Shown here one piece after another: positions 37,101 to 50,626 of a DNA stretch of 64,000 bases. Source of the stretch: Phoronis australis (taxonomy: Eukaryota > Animalia > Phoronida); contig NMRA01000043.1 in assembly GCA_002633005.1 (NCBI GenBank), positions 1,134,689-1,198,688 of the forward strand, in the 5' to 3' direction. Made by a program: the position numbers and the translations under genes. The number at the start of each line of letters is the position of its first letter. The stretch's first letter is position 1. The notes beneath the pieces are model-generated. The model was given only the letters and a program-made list of their open reading frames with translations. It had not been told where the DNA came from and made no database searches.

Positions 37101-40100
37101 ATGAACCCATCAAGGAATGGTATGCTGTTATTGTCCCCCACTTCCTGGTGTATCTTAATGTAGTTGTTGTTTACGTGCTAAGGAATATCTCGATATTGTC
37201 TGGGCGGTGGTTATGTATAACGAATAGTCATCTTCATATCGTTTCCACATTTTGGGGGAATTTACTGGTTGGGATTGAGAAGTGTTTGCTAGAACCTCCG
37301 AATGCACAAAATACTAGTAATAGCGATGATGCCATTGGCAGTTCACAGGTCTGCTTGAAAAAGAATTTCACCATTTGGAGGATGTAATTCGCTGATATAT
37401 TTTTGTTCTGAGTTTTTGTATGGCCAATCCCCGTTTTCGATCTCAGTATCGAAAGTACCACTGCTGTTGGAAGACTTGTGAACAGGCTTTAACCATTGAA
37501 ATTCACCATTAGGTAATTGAGGTCAGTGCTGATTAATGTCAGCATTTTCGCGGAGTCAGTTTTTGCCAATTAGTGGGGATGTCATGCCGCTGAGGAACTT
37601 AGCTAGCATGTGACATCTGAAGATGGCTTCCGAAGAAATGACCGACCGAAATGTCGTGCCAAAGTAGATAGGCTGGAAGTTGGCGTAAACAGACCAATAG
37701 ATTTTAGAAAGTAATGATGTTTCTACATCACCTCAAAGCAGTTTTAGAAAAACTCAATTTGTCTTACAACTGCATAAACTTATCATTCAGTTACGCAGGC
37801 TTAGAAGTTTCCTAATCTGGTAGACTCAGATTCCATGTAACTTACTTGGAGTGCTTGCAACTTCTTTTACTCGTTTGCCGTCGTATTCTGAAAATTGAAG
37901 CAATGGACTGCACTTGGAATTTAAATTGTTTGTAGTCACGAATCGTTTGTTTCATTATGTTTTACTGGACAATGAGGTTATGCTAAAATAGATGAATGCA
38001 ATTCACTCTCTACATTTATTTCTCTGCAAACATAAAATGCACAGTCAGAACTGTAGAAGGGTAAAAGTTCGTACCCGAGAACACATCAAGTAAGGACCGT
38101 AGATACAACCATAATAGTGGAGTCTTCCTTTACAGTCACAAACACACACACGCACAAAACGGGTAGCTTAATCAATACGTTAGCAGCCAAAAGATGGCGC
38201 TTCACTACATTACTCGGAATGAAAACCATCTTTGGATTTGGGAGAACTGACCGTTCGTTATTATTTGAGAGATGGCTCAATAAATTGGCTTGTTACGGCG
38301 GGTCATTTTAAGCGACGAGCACGATCTCAGTTCTTAGTGAATTGTCAGTTGCCCCATATCCCCGAAATCATTCTACCGAAGAGTAAGGAACAAGGTATGG
38401 TAGAAGTGACGCAAATCAAATGTATGTTTTACAGCTTAGTATCATTATTTTCATATTGACTCCAATGCAAACACGGTATTGTTGACGACGAAACATCAAC
38501 TTCGCACTGAGTGTTCTTTATTCAAAATATCGTTTATTTGATGACATAATGGGCGAGTGTACCAAAATATAAAAACACTCAACCTAACGACCTTGAGTAA
38601 TTATTCAGTTTGTACGTGTGCAACGTCACACGCCTTAGACCTTTGTACGCGTGGTGAAAAGAAACTCATGTAGAACACATCGGCACTTCAAACATTATAA
38701 TTTGTACACTTTTATAAAACAGACACCTGATTATAAAGTCACTTTGAAAGAAGTCCACCGAAACGAGCTTTAGAATCCATTTCAGACAATTTGAACATAT
38801 ACACCATTCCTTTTAATCATATGACGACTTGACAGAAAGTAACGTCGAACATCACTTCTACAATTTAGACTGGTGAATCTAACTCCTTCAAAGTAGACAT
38901 ATTGCATTCAAGTAATATATTATTGTAAGTTTTGAGAAAATAAACATCTATGAAGTAGTCAGTTAATAAAACTGTCCTGCAGAAAACAAGCGTGCGTCAA
39001 CCGCAGGTCAGTTGAGAGTCGATGAGACTTTTACTTGGACTGCAGCTTCACCGAAGGTCCATACCAAGTTGTGCTTCCTCTTCCATCTTTGCGATCACAC
39101 CATCCACCTTTTTAATCAAATTATCCATTTGGTACTCCTTCAGCATTTTGATCAGCTCCACGTAATTCCCGATTCCAATAACAGCTTGTGTCTCTAATTG
39201 GTTGAGAAGTTTTTCAGTAGTAGTTATGTTCTGGAGTGTAGCTGGCCTGTACAACAAAGTTAAGAAAGGTTAATAAGAATCGCTTAAAATAGACCGAGAG
39301 TTTGGATTGGCGCGAATGCGGATGGGGTGGCCAACATCGCCCAGTCACTTTCGGCCCCTCCTCAGTCTTTTACAAGTTTCACTCTCCCGTCGATACCAGT
39401 TACTGTCCCTGAATGGTAGTCATTCTCGCCTCCCCCACTCTTAGCACGCTCCCACCTCACCCCACGCCCCGCCCATTGTAATTACAACAAAGATCTTAGA
39501 TATGTTGGTACTACAAGTACTTGACTTCATATTCATACGCATACATGTACGTGACGCATTACACTACATCTCCCTGTATCAAAACAAAGGAGTATCTATT
39601 TAGTATGTCAATCTTACGTAAACAAACTGTGTCAGGATATATTTTAACTAATGCTCTTTATATTCATAGTCCTTGAACCAGGCTGGACTCTTCGATATGC
39701 GTCCGGAACGAGTCGTGTAATCTTTGGTGACGGACGTCACAATTCCATGTGGTTCAGGGCTACGAAAAGCAGGTGTTTTCTCTGAAATAACTACTGGTCG
39801 GTCTGGGATGACACTTAGGTGAATTCAATTTGTTTTAATATCTGACCGTTTTCTCGTTGGACTATGTAACTTCTGAGCTCTGCACAATTTCTACAACAGC
39901 ATACAAAATTTCCAGAGTTCATGGATTGCATGGTTACGTGTTGACCAATGTGTAAGCGATGTACATCTCCTGTTTCTTTGTCATAGTACTATTTCTGCTA
40001 CATCTGACGAGTAGCAAGATGACACTGAACATCGTCTGCATCTGGTGACATGCATGCATGGGGGAGTATCCGTGATTCGGTGATTGAAAAGGATCTCGGC

Positions 40101-40715
40101 AGGGCGCGGCTTTTCAGCTTGTGGTCAACAGGGGTAGTACGCCATCGCCCCCTTGCGGTGATTGTTTTTTTAAACGTTTGCCTCCATATCTTAGAAGTTC
40201 CTTGGCTTATTTTCATGCTAGAGGCCGAATAGTCTGTTGCTGTGTGTTTGAGCTTTTCGCTGCTCATTTAGTGTTGCATAAGAAATTTTTTTTGAATAAA
40301 ATTCCACGACAATGAATCAAATGCTTTCTCAAAATCGATCAGTAAAAGCAATCCTGGTTTCTTAGCTGCCTGGGCACAAAACATTAAATCATATAGGACG
40401 CGGATATTTGCGTTCATAGTTCTTCCCGAAACGAAACCTGTCTGGTCCTTACCGATTAGTTTTCCCAAAACGGATTTTAACCTAAGCTATTGGTCGCTGA
40501 ATAAGATCGATCAGCGTCTGTCAAAGGTTAGCAGGAGTTGGTTCACAATTTAGCTCATGCACCTAAAAGGGCCTAGAGCAAAAACAAAACCAGTAAACTT
40601 ACATTATCCAAGTCTTGCAATAGTCCTTCAGTCTCTCAAGATCCGACATGAGCACGTGGTCGGCTACTGTCTTAATGACCAGGCGGTGCTGCCTTCTTCG
40701 TTCTTCCTGGTCCAT
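33868..40715 (-). CDS. DED + linker + anti-LPS-factor-like domain protein, 242 aa; exons 40715-40603, 39246-39065, 37887-37846, 35425-35366, 34862-34774, 34110-33868
   Basis: All introns GT-AG, phases 2,1,1,1,0, 729 nt open. MDQEERRRQHRLVIKTVADHVLMSDLERLKDYCKTWIMPATLQNITTTEKLLNQLETQAVIGIGNYVELIKMLKEYQMDNLIKKVDGVIAKMEEEAQL-EYDGKRVKEVASTP-RIHGSGTEIDSTAETRSLIQ-GSTSSPPVEKLEKLTDVTVTMGISSGPTEK-LTIIPGPNQGNPMVCDIKVDWRIRKFKLVWDGLAICSGVTAQAKGYKGKGGAVEHAMRKITLKLLGEGVRVQYGDKSWTT*. Confidence 0.75.
34345..34640. repeat. Degenerate ~20-bp minisatellite with inverted copies (MITE-like), in the last intron
   Basis: TTTTGCTTAATCTACGCGTA-like unit ~8 times, reverse copies at ~34600-34640. Confidence 0.65.
36270..36416 (-). 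mobile_element. Possible tRNA-derived SINE remnant
   Basis: Minus strand begins GACTCGGTGGTGTAGTGGTTATAGCATT (A-box-like); no clear B box. Confidence 0.35.
36550..37620 (-). mobile_element. Degraded Penelope-like element in intron 3 of the DED-ALF gene
   Basis: Fragments FFKQTCELPMASSL (cf. G.PMGS.L) and SEKLRRICKEFNIRTVYRSSDNLGRQLVNVK...RIPCGCGK, many frameshifts. Confidence 0.75.
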
Positions 40716-41926
40716 GGTCTCTTAGTGAATGAGAGTACTGTTCATTGCGTCATTTAACACAGACAGCAGTTGCTGCATTGTTTTTCACAAAATATAGGGC
40801 AGTTTTTTGACAAAGTGTTCGTATAAATAACTATATAACTCTTTAATCCGACATATCAAATTTCAACTAGACTACCGTATAGAATGTATCTTGAGTATGA
40901 ATAAACAAATAAAAATGCCAATAACTTTCGCTCAAACACAAGTCTTCATCAGGGGAATACAGAGAGAATGGAAAGTACAGACAAGGTATGTGCGAATGAT
41001 AAAATAGGAACTACAGGTTGGGGTACAGTTCAGCAACGCTAGAACCTACGTTAGGACCTCCCTAAAAGCAAGAGTTCGCGAGATTACATGACACTGTCGT
41101 GTATTTCAAACGAGAACTCGTGGTTTTGGCTAGATTTTTCAAACCGCGAGAGAGCTACTAAACTCAACCTGAGCCCGGTCTCCAATCTCCGTACTCAGAC
41201 TCATACTCATACTCGAGATTTCATACTCAAAATCGTGGTCACTGGAGTCGTACTCAAAAAGCGTATCCAATTTTGCATTTCGAGTAGACTCCAAACGTAC
41301 TCAAATCTGACACTCATACTCGAGTTGCTATGGAACTCTTTATGATGTGAAATGCAAAACCACGCAAAGTCGCGCTGATTCATCGTTCCCTATTGGCATA
41401 GACCACCTCAGCAACTACATTATCGTCTACTGTCTTTACAACTACAAGAGTAGGCCTATAACGTGGAATTCTAAGTGTTCTGTACCTGTTATTCATTTTT
41501 TCAGTTTCAATACAATATTCTTATACCATTTCTTTGATACATTTGGCAATTATTAAGCTTTACCTCTTGAGTTCCTCATCTCCCGAAAATATCTTAAGAA
41601 ATTTGTAACAGCTTATCACATCAAAGAACCCCTGTTCTCTCTTGCTAATTTAGTATTGACGTAGAACCCATTGCTGTGTAGGAACAGAGACCGTAGAGAG
41701 AGAGAGAGACGTTTCACCTAGCGAAATCCTATTGGACGACCACTGGCGGCCATTGTTGTTTCATGGACCGTAGAGACGTCTAGCGGGTGTGTGTGCGAAA
41801 AAAGGAATATGGCTGATACTCTGGTCAGTGGTCACAGAGACAAGATATTTTATCTGATCTTGTAGTTCATATAGATTTCCCATAGTTAATACTTCTGAGA
41901 ATAGTGCTGCTTCAAGTAACTTCAAA

Positions 41927-42322
41927 NNNNNNNNNNNNNNNNNNNNNNNNNNNNNNNNNNNNNNNNNNNNNNNNNNNNNNNNNNNNNNNNNNNNNNNNNN
42001 NNNNNNNNNNNNNNNNNNNNNNNNNNNNNNNNNNNNNNNNNNNNNNNNNNNNNNNNNNNNNNNNNNNNNNNNNNNNNNNNNNNNNNNNNNNNNNNNNNNN
42101 NNNNNNNNNNNNNNNNNNNNNNNNNNNNNNNNNNNNNNNNNNNNNNNNNNNNNNNNNNNNNNNNNNNNNNNNNNNNNNNNNNNNNNNNNNNNNNNNNNNN
42201 NNNNNNNNNNNNNNNNNNNNNNNNNNNNNNNNNNNNNNNNNNNNNNNNNNNNNNNNNNNNNNNNNNNNNNNNNNNNNNNNNNNNNNNNNNNNNNNNNNNN
42301 NNNNNNNNNNNNNNNNNNNNNN
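41927..42322. other. Assembly gap
   Basis: Run of N. Confidence 1.
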
Positions 42323-43091
42323 ATAAATTGGCTTGTTACGGCGGGTCATTTTAAGCGACGAGCACGATCTCAGTTCTTAGTGAATTGTCAGTTGTCCCAT
42401 ATCCCCGAAATCATTCTACCGAAGAGTAAGGAACAAGGTATGGTAGAAGTGACGCAAATCAAATGTATGTTTTACAGCTTAGTATCATTATTTTCACATT
42501 GACTCCAATGCAAACACGGTATTGTTGACGACGAAACATCAACTTCGCACTGAGTGTTCTTTATTCAAAATATCGTTTATTTGATGACGCAATGTGCGAG
42601 TGTACCAAAATATAAAAACACTCAACCTAACGACCTTAAGTTAATTATTCAGGTTGTACGTGTGCAACGTCACACGCCTTAGACCTTTGTACGCGTGGTG
42701 AAAAGAAACTCATGTAGAACACATCGGCACTTCAAACATTATAATTTGTACACTTTTATAAAACAGACACCTGATTATAAAGTCACTTTGAAAGAAGTCC
42801 ACCGAAACGAGCTTTAGAATCCATTTCAGACAATTTGAACATATACACCATTCCTTTTAATCATATGACGACTTGACAGAAAGTAACGTCGAACATCACT
42901 TCTACAATTTAGACTGGTGAATCTAACTCCTTCAAAGTAGACATATTGCATTCAAGTAATATATTATTGTAAGTTTTGAGAAAATAAACATCTATGAAGT
43001 AGTCAGTTAATAAAACTGTCCTGCAGAAAACAAGCGTGCGTCAACCGCAGGTCAGTTGAGAGTCGATGAGACTTTTACTTGGACTGCAGCT

Positions 43092-46000
43092 TCACCGAAG
43101 GTCCATACCAAGTTGTGCTTCCTCTTCCATCTTTGCGATCACACCATCCACCTTTTTAATCAAATTATCCATTTGGTACTCCTTCAGCATTTTGATCAGC
43201 TCCACGTAATTCCCGATTCCAATAACAGCTTGTGTCTCTAATTGGTTGAGAAGTTTTTCAGTAGTAGTTATGTTCTGGAGTGTAGCTGGCCTGTACAACA
43301 AAGTTAAGAAAGGTTGATAAGACTCGCTTAAAATAGACCGAGAGTTTGGATTGGCGCGAATGCGGATGGGGTGGCCAACATCGCCCAGTCACTTTCGGCC
43401 CCTCCTCAGTCTTTTACAAGTTTCACTCTCCCGTCGATACCAGTTACTGTCCCTGAATGGTAGTCATTCACGCCTCCCCCACTCTTAGCACGCTCCCACC
43501 TCACCCCACGCCCCGCCCATTGTAATTACAACAAAGATCTTAGATATGTTGGTACTACAAGTACTTGACTTCATATTCATACGCATACATGTACGTGACG
43601 CATTACACTACATCTCCCCTGTATCAAAACAAAGTAGTATCTATTTAGTATATCAATCTTACGTAACAAACTGTGTCAGGATATATTTTAACTAATGCTC
43701 TTTATATTCATAGTCCTTGAACCAGGCTGGACTCTTCGATATGCGTCCGGAACGTGTCGTGTAACCTTTGGTGACGGACGTCACAATTCCATGTGGTTCA
43801 GGGCTACGAAAAGCAGGTGTTGCCTTTGAAATAACTACTGGTCGGTCTGGGATGACACTTAGGTGAATTCAATTTGTTTTAATATCTGACCGTTTTCTCG
43901 TTGGACTATGTAACTTCAGAGCTCTGCACAATTTCTACAACAGCATACAAAATTTCCAGAGTTCATGGATTGCATGGTTACGTGTTGACCAATGTGTAAG
44001 CGATGTACATCTCCTGTTTCTTTGTCATAGTACTATTTCTGCTACATCTGACGAGTAGCAAGATGACACTGAACATCGTCTGCATCTGGTGACATGCATG
44101 CATGGGGGAGTATCCTTGATTCCGTGATTGAAAAGGATCTCGGCAGGGCTTTTCAGCTTGTGGTCAACAGGGGTAGTACGCCATCGCCCCCTTGCGGTGA
44201 TTGTTTTTTTTAACGTTTGCCTCCATATCTTAGAAGTTTCTTGGCTTATTTTCATGCTAGAAGCAGAATAGTCTGTTGCTGTGTGTTTGAGCTTTTCGCT
44301 GCTCATTTAGTGTTGCATAAGACAATTTTTTTGAATAAAATTCCACGACAATGAATCAAATGCTTTCTCAAAATCGATCAATAAAAGCAATCCTGGTTTC
44401 TTAGCTGCCTGGGCACAAAACATTAAATCATATAGGACGCGGATATTTTCGTTCATAGTTCTTCCCGAAACGAAACCTGTCTGGTCCTTACCGATTAGTT
44501 TTCCCAAAACATATTTTAACCGTTCAGTCTCAGCCGACGAAGTCAATTTATATGTCACATTGAGTAAGGATATGGGTCTCCAGGTTTCAAATAATGTTTA
44601 CTTTTATCTGCTGCTNTCCCCCCCCCCCCCCTCTTTCTGTGTTGATGATTACTGACCAACAGCAAAACCAGTTTTAAGTAAGCGAACAACGAAATGTCCA
44701 ATGTCAGACCAGAAAGTTAAAAAATTCCAATGAAAACCATCGGAGCCTGGGCTCCTGTTGTTTCTCATTTTTCAAGCATCGTTTGACTTCATCCTATGTA
44801 AGAAGACCATCTAATTTTTCTTTTTCTGTCTCATTCAGTTTGGAAACACACACCTTATGAAGTAGAGTTTCTAAAGCAGTATTTCTGTATTTGTACAGAT
44901 TTTCACGAAAAGTTTTGGTTTCCTGAATAACTTATTCTTCACTATTGGTTTTAGTATTGCCATATTTCCACAAAAAACATAAACTTACTTGTGTAATGCC
45001 TATTTTCTAAGTGAAGAAAATATTTGGAAGGTTTTTCTCCCTCTTCCATCCATCTTGCCCTCGACCTAGTCATAAGACCTCCTAACATATTTTGCCTTAG
45101 CTGGACAGTTTGATTACTTTTTGTTCCAGTAGTCCCCTATCAAGTCTTAGACTTTTTTCCAATAACCTTATTTCTTCGATAAGATGCTGTTCAACTCTAT
45201 CACTCTTTCTTTTTTAAGTAAATACCAAAGGAAATTGTTTTGTCGCGAATCTCCATCAACAACGTTTCAAGAAAAAGTTGATCATTTATAGACAATTGTA
45301 AATCTGAATTACTTGTGCTATCGACTGTCTGAATGTCGCCAGTCATGTACTTCTGCTTAACTATTGTAATGGTATCCTTGACCGCAGCAATATATTCAGA
45401 GTTTTTAAAGAGATAGTTATTAAATTTCCAAATGATTTTCTCCTACTGGAAACAGCACTTTAAAAAACCTACACCATGGAATAATGAAACCGGTTACTGA
45501 ATTCTATTAAGGAGTCATCAATATCGGCTAAAAGGTTTTCAGAAATTAGAAAAATATCTAGTCTGGAACGCTTCCTTCCAGCTCCCCAAGTGTATTCCTA
45601 CTATTGGGGTTCAGTTACCGCCACACATCAGTAATAGACAATTCTCTACAAGTCTCCATCAACTTAATCCGTGACTTCGGGTTGTTAACCTGTCGTGCCT
45701 TAGACCGATCGAGAGCAAGATTAAAATCGCCTGCCCAAATAACTGAGTAATTTCCTATATCTTGAATATATATAGATTATTACATGGCGAAGTCGTTATC
45801 TCCCGTTATCTAGAGCCCGAGTGGACTTTGGAGAATTATCGCCCGAGAGGCGTCAGCCCCCAAACGGTGTAATCCGGGACGAGCTTCGTAGACCACAAGA
45901 AGACAGACTGCACTCGCAGCAAAAAGTCTCTACATGAACACTTCCTTCAATTCCAATAAACACTCCAACCGCGCCGACCAGTTAATCCCAGTGTCTGTCA

Positions 46001-46659
46001 GAACAAGCGAGAAACACTCAGCGTCACACGTGTGATTTTGCAAAGTCTTCAGAGATCTTGCTTTTCTCGTGAAAAACTAGGCTTGTATAGCCTAATGATT
46101 AGGAACAATTGTCGAAAATACAGAATTTTTGGTAGATATTAGCGAACGGATTACTCACTGTTCTCTCGTAGACCGATTTTAGGACATCGGCCAAATTTCC
46201 AAGGTGATTAATAAACACAGGACCACTCACAATTCTGATATGCATTATGCTACGGAAAGTCCAATATGTTAACTGTCAACCCAGAAACATTTGGATAGTT
46301 ACCTTCAAACCAATGGGAATGTCCGAGTGCTTATTCTTTCTTCTAACCAACAAAAAGACAGATTTACCATCCCTTGACAGTGCTGCTGCGCTTATCGGTT
46401 GGAAAGAGTGTAAAACAGAACAAGACTAGGATATTGGTCGCTGAATAAGATCGATCAGCGTCTGTCAAAGGTTAGCAGGAGTTGGTTCACAATTTAGCTC
46501 ATGCACCTAAAAGGGCCTAGAGCAAAAACAAAACGAGTAAACTTACATTATCCAAGTCTTGCAGTAGTCCTTCAGTCTCTCAAGATCCGTCATGAGCACG
46601 TGGTCGGCTACTGTCTTAATGACCAGGCGGTGCTGCCTTCTTCGTTCTTCCTGGTCCAT
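43092..46659 (-). CDS. Second copy of DED exons 1-2 (46659-46547, 43290-43109; read-through stop at 43092)
   Basis: Same protein as the first copy except S->T in exon 1 (LMTDL); keeps an upstream acceptor at ~46678. Confidence 0.75.
44320..45770 (-). mobile_element. L1/Tx1-clade ORF2 remnant (APE endonuclease to RT); shorter piece at 40290-40485
   Basis: SVIWAGDFN...DVWR...SRLDIFLIS endonuclease motifs; DQTGFVSGR...NIR...LLLIDFEKAFDSLSW RT motifs; stops and frameshifts. Confidence 0.85.
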
Positions 46660-49600
46660 GGTCTCTTAGTGAATGTCCTTGTACAAAGAGAGTACTGTTC
46701 ATTGCGTCATTTAACACAGACAGCAGTTGCTGCATTGTTTTTCACAAAATATAGGGCAGTTTTTTGACAAAGTGTTCGTATAAATAACTATATAATTCTT
46801 TAATCCGACATATCAAATTTCAACTAGACTACCGTATAGAATGTATCTTGAGTATGAATAAACAAATAAAAATGCCAATAACTTTCGCTCAAATACAAGT
46901 CTTCATCAGGGGAATACAGAGAGAATGGAAAGTACAGACAAGGTATGTGCAAATGATAAAATAGGAACTACAGGTTGGGGTACAGTTCAGCAACGCTAGA
47001 ACCTACGTTAGGACCTCCCCAAAAGCAAGAGTTCGCGAGATTACATGACACTGTCGTGTATTTCAAACGAGAACTCGTGGTTTTGGCTAGATTTTTCAAA
47101 CCGCGAGAGAGCTACTAAACTCAACCTGAGCCCGGTCTCCAATCTCCGTACTCAGACTCATACTCATACTCGAGATTTCATACTCAAAATCGTGGTCACT
47201 GGAGTCGTACTCAAAAAGCGTATCCAATTTTGCATTTCGAGTAGACTCCAAACGTACTCAAATCTGACACTCATACTCGAGTTGCTATGGAACTCTTTAT
47301 GATGTGAAATGCAAAACCACGCAAAGTCGCGCTGATTCATCGTTCCCTATTGGCATAGACCACCTCAGCAACTACATTATCGTCTACTGTCTTTACAACT
47401 ACAAGAGTAGGCCTATAACGTGGAATTCTAAGTGTTCTGTACCTGTTATTCATTTTTTCAGTTTCAATACAATATTCTTATACCATTTCTTTGATACATT
47501 TGGCAATTATTAAGCTTTACCTCTTGAGTTCCTCATCTCCCGAAAATATNGGTGAGTTTCCAAAAAGAAACACTTAGTTCCACTCAATAAAACTGTTATT
47601 CAGTGGGGTAACTGGTGGGGATAACATCACCGAACAATGTTGATAGAAACTGATTGCTAAAAACTTACCAAGTAATGTTGTGTAGTCATACTAATTACTA
47701 TAGACATAGAGCACACACGGGGCCTCAGCATCCACACACTTTTTGTCAGTTAGTTGACCCTGTTGACCGCAGTTGTCCACGAATATAGTAACCTTAGGTC
47801 TTTTGGGAATTTGTGGCCACCTGTCGAAGACTTGCACCAGGGAAATTAGCAGTAATAAGGCTTAGCGCGACGACGTATTTTGATAAAAATTCCATCTTTT
47901 ACCAGTTGTTTACATGCAGACAGTCACGCATGCGCAATTCAATCACCACTAGTACAACAGCGACACCGCGAGGAGAATTCTCCGAATAGCCCCATTTTGC
48001 ATTTCTAGTAGACTCCAAACGTACTCAAATCTGACACTCATACTCGAGTTGCTATGGAACTCTTTATGATGTGAAATGCCAAACCACGCAAAATCGCGCT
48101 GATTCATCGTTCCCTATTGGCATAGACCACCCCAGCAACTACATTATCGTCTACTGTCTTTACAACTACAAGAGTAGGCCTATAACGTGGAATTCTAAGT
48201 GTTGTGTACCTGTTATTCATTTTTTCAGTTTCAATACAATATTCTTATACCATTTCTTTGATACATTTGACAATTATTAAGCTTTACCTCTTGAGTTCCT
48301 CATCTCACGAAAATATCTTAAGAAATTTGTAACAGCTTATCACATCAAAGAACCCCTGTTCTCTCTTGCTAATTTAGTATTGTCGTAGAACCCATTGCTG
48401 TGTAGGAACAGAGACCGTAGAGAGAGAGAGACGTTTCACCTAGCGAAATCCTATTGGACGACCACTGGCGGCCATTGTTGTTTCATGGACCGTAGAGACG
48501 TCTAGCGGGTGTGTGTGCGAAAAAAGGAATATGGCTGATACTCTGGTCAGTGGTCACAGAGACAAGATATTTTATCTGATCTTGTAGTTCATATAGATTT
48601 CCCATAGTTAATACTTCTGAGAATAGTGCTGCTTCAAGTAACTTCAAAACAAGATATGGCGGCTGCAGTCCCTAAAAAGAGGATGAGAGGAGCTTTTTGC
48701 GCTGCAGCAACAGTAAGTTGAAAAATCGGGGTTTGAACTTCTCCCCAATGAATGATAAAGACAGGTGAGATATACGAGTGATACAAAAAATTCTTTTTGT
48801 GAATATGCTGCCAGTCGCCCATTGATGTTGGCAAAGTGATTTGAAATTGTCTTACCTGTAAGTTTCAAGGTTTTATTTGATCACTCAAAGCAAAATACAT
48901 GGCCTTGATGATGGGTACTTGATTTTAGAGCCTACTCCCACTGAAAAACGCCCGTTATTCAGTGGTAGTAACTGGTTCTAGAATGAATTTTGAGTCAGGG
49001 ACTCACCTATCAAACTATAACCGAAATTGTCCTGCACGTGTTTCACGACTTAGGGCCTACTGATAACTGGTGTTTCTATTCTATGATTGGATCTAAATTG
49101 TAATTTCTTTCATTTCTTCAATTCACTTTAGTGTTTATACATTCAGATCCAAGAGATAGGTGATAAACAGCAAATGTGTGGACCTGCTAAGGAGAAATGC
49201 TGTGATGTTAACTTAGTCCAGTAGACTAGTATGTGTTTAGGTCTAAACTGTGATGGGCCTTCATTATACTTTCAAGGACCTATAGTCCGAAGAGTCATTA
49301 CTTGAAAAATATATCAATCAGGCGTTACTCCAAAGCAACATTACTTAGAAGAGTGATTACTTTGGGAAAGAGTGAGTGACGCTGCATAGACAATATTGCT
49401 GATGCCACATATTTTTTCCTGCATGTTGTATTTGTTATAATGTAAATGATATTTTTCCAGCCAATAGGTCACAGCTACGACACGAGTGAGCCCAGTGAAA
49501 CACCCCCATCTGCTGAGCACCATAGAGGGCTGCTTTAGTAAAGCTCTTAGGGGAGGTAATAGGACATAATTAATAATGACCACAATTTTATCCTCCATGA

Positions 49601-50626
49601 CTGATGGTTTTGTTATATCTATTGTATTGCTACCTGAAGCTCACCTCTCTAAATACTATAGTTATAAAAAGCGGACTCTGTTGTTTTTGATTTCATGACT
49701 TGGATGTATACATTTATTGATCTGAAGTGGTATTTTTTAAGTATTTATTTGGTTTAACACACTTGGGATTTTTAAATCCCTTTGATTAAAAAATATGCTG
49801 AAAATCAGAGGATGAGCCTTGAGCCAGGCTGTGTGTTAAAAATGTAGGTGTGTGTGGACAAGTAGGCAGTTGTAGGCAGTTAATATGTGTAGATGCCTTA
49901 AATGTATTTTTGTATTCATTCATTTCAGAAAGTTGTTGACTTGCATGAGAAAGTAAGTCATGCGAGGATGCCGAAAAGTCTACACCCAGCGGTCCCTATT
50001 GTGCCTGTGACTGTAGAGGGAATTGTCAGTGGTGCCGTCGGATTAGGCATGGCGCCAGTAACTGCAGCATCTTTGGTGCTACCATCAGAGATCGTAGATA
50101 GGGAGACAGTCCACATAGCAAAATCCCATCGAACGGCCACTTTGACTGGCGGACAGTGTTGTTTCATGGACCGTAGAGACGTCTAGCGAGTGTGCGTGCA
50201 ATAAACAAATGTGGCAAGATATCATGGCTACCGTCGGTAAAAAATCAATGGGGCTTTTTGCACTGCCTACGGCTGCAGCAACAGTTAATTGAAAATTCGT
50301 GGCTTATGCTTTTTTGCTTCCCCAATGATTAAGATAGGTGATGCTCATGATTGAAACAGAGGATATTTCTGCGTGAAACTGTTGCCAGTCACTCAGTGAT
50401 GGACCGAGTGATTTGAACATAAATAGTTGGCATGATTTTGGGAACTACTGATTAGTTTATTCTGATTAGTTTATTCTGATTAGTTTATTCTAGGCACATT
50501 TATGCTTCTAATTACTTTCTTTCATTTCGTTCTGCAGACTTAATACATTCAGATCTAAAAGATAATTATATTTACTATTACTTACTAATTTACTATTGTT
50601 TTTTTCATATATTTGTTTTATATCTT

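Larger units (their letters stand above)
38278..48647. repeat. Near-identical segmental duplication (38278-41926 vs 42323-48647) containing DED exons 1-2
   Basis: Colinear near-identity; first copy lacks ~44522-46431; copies separated by an N-gap. Confidence 0.9.
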
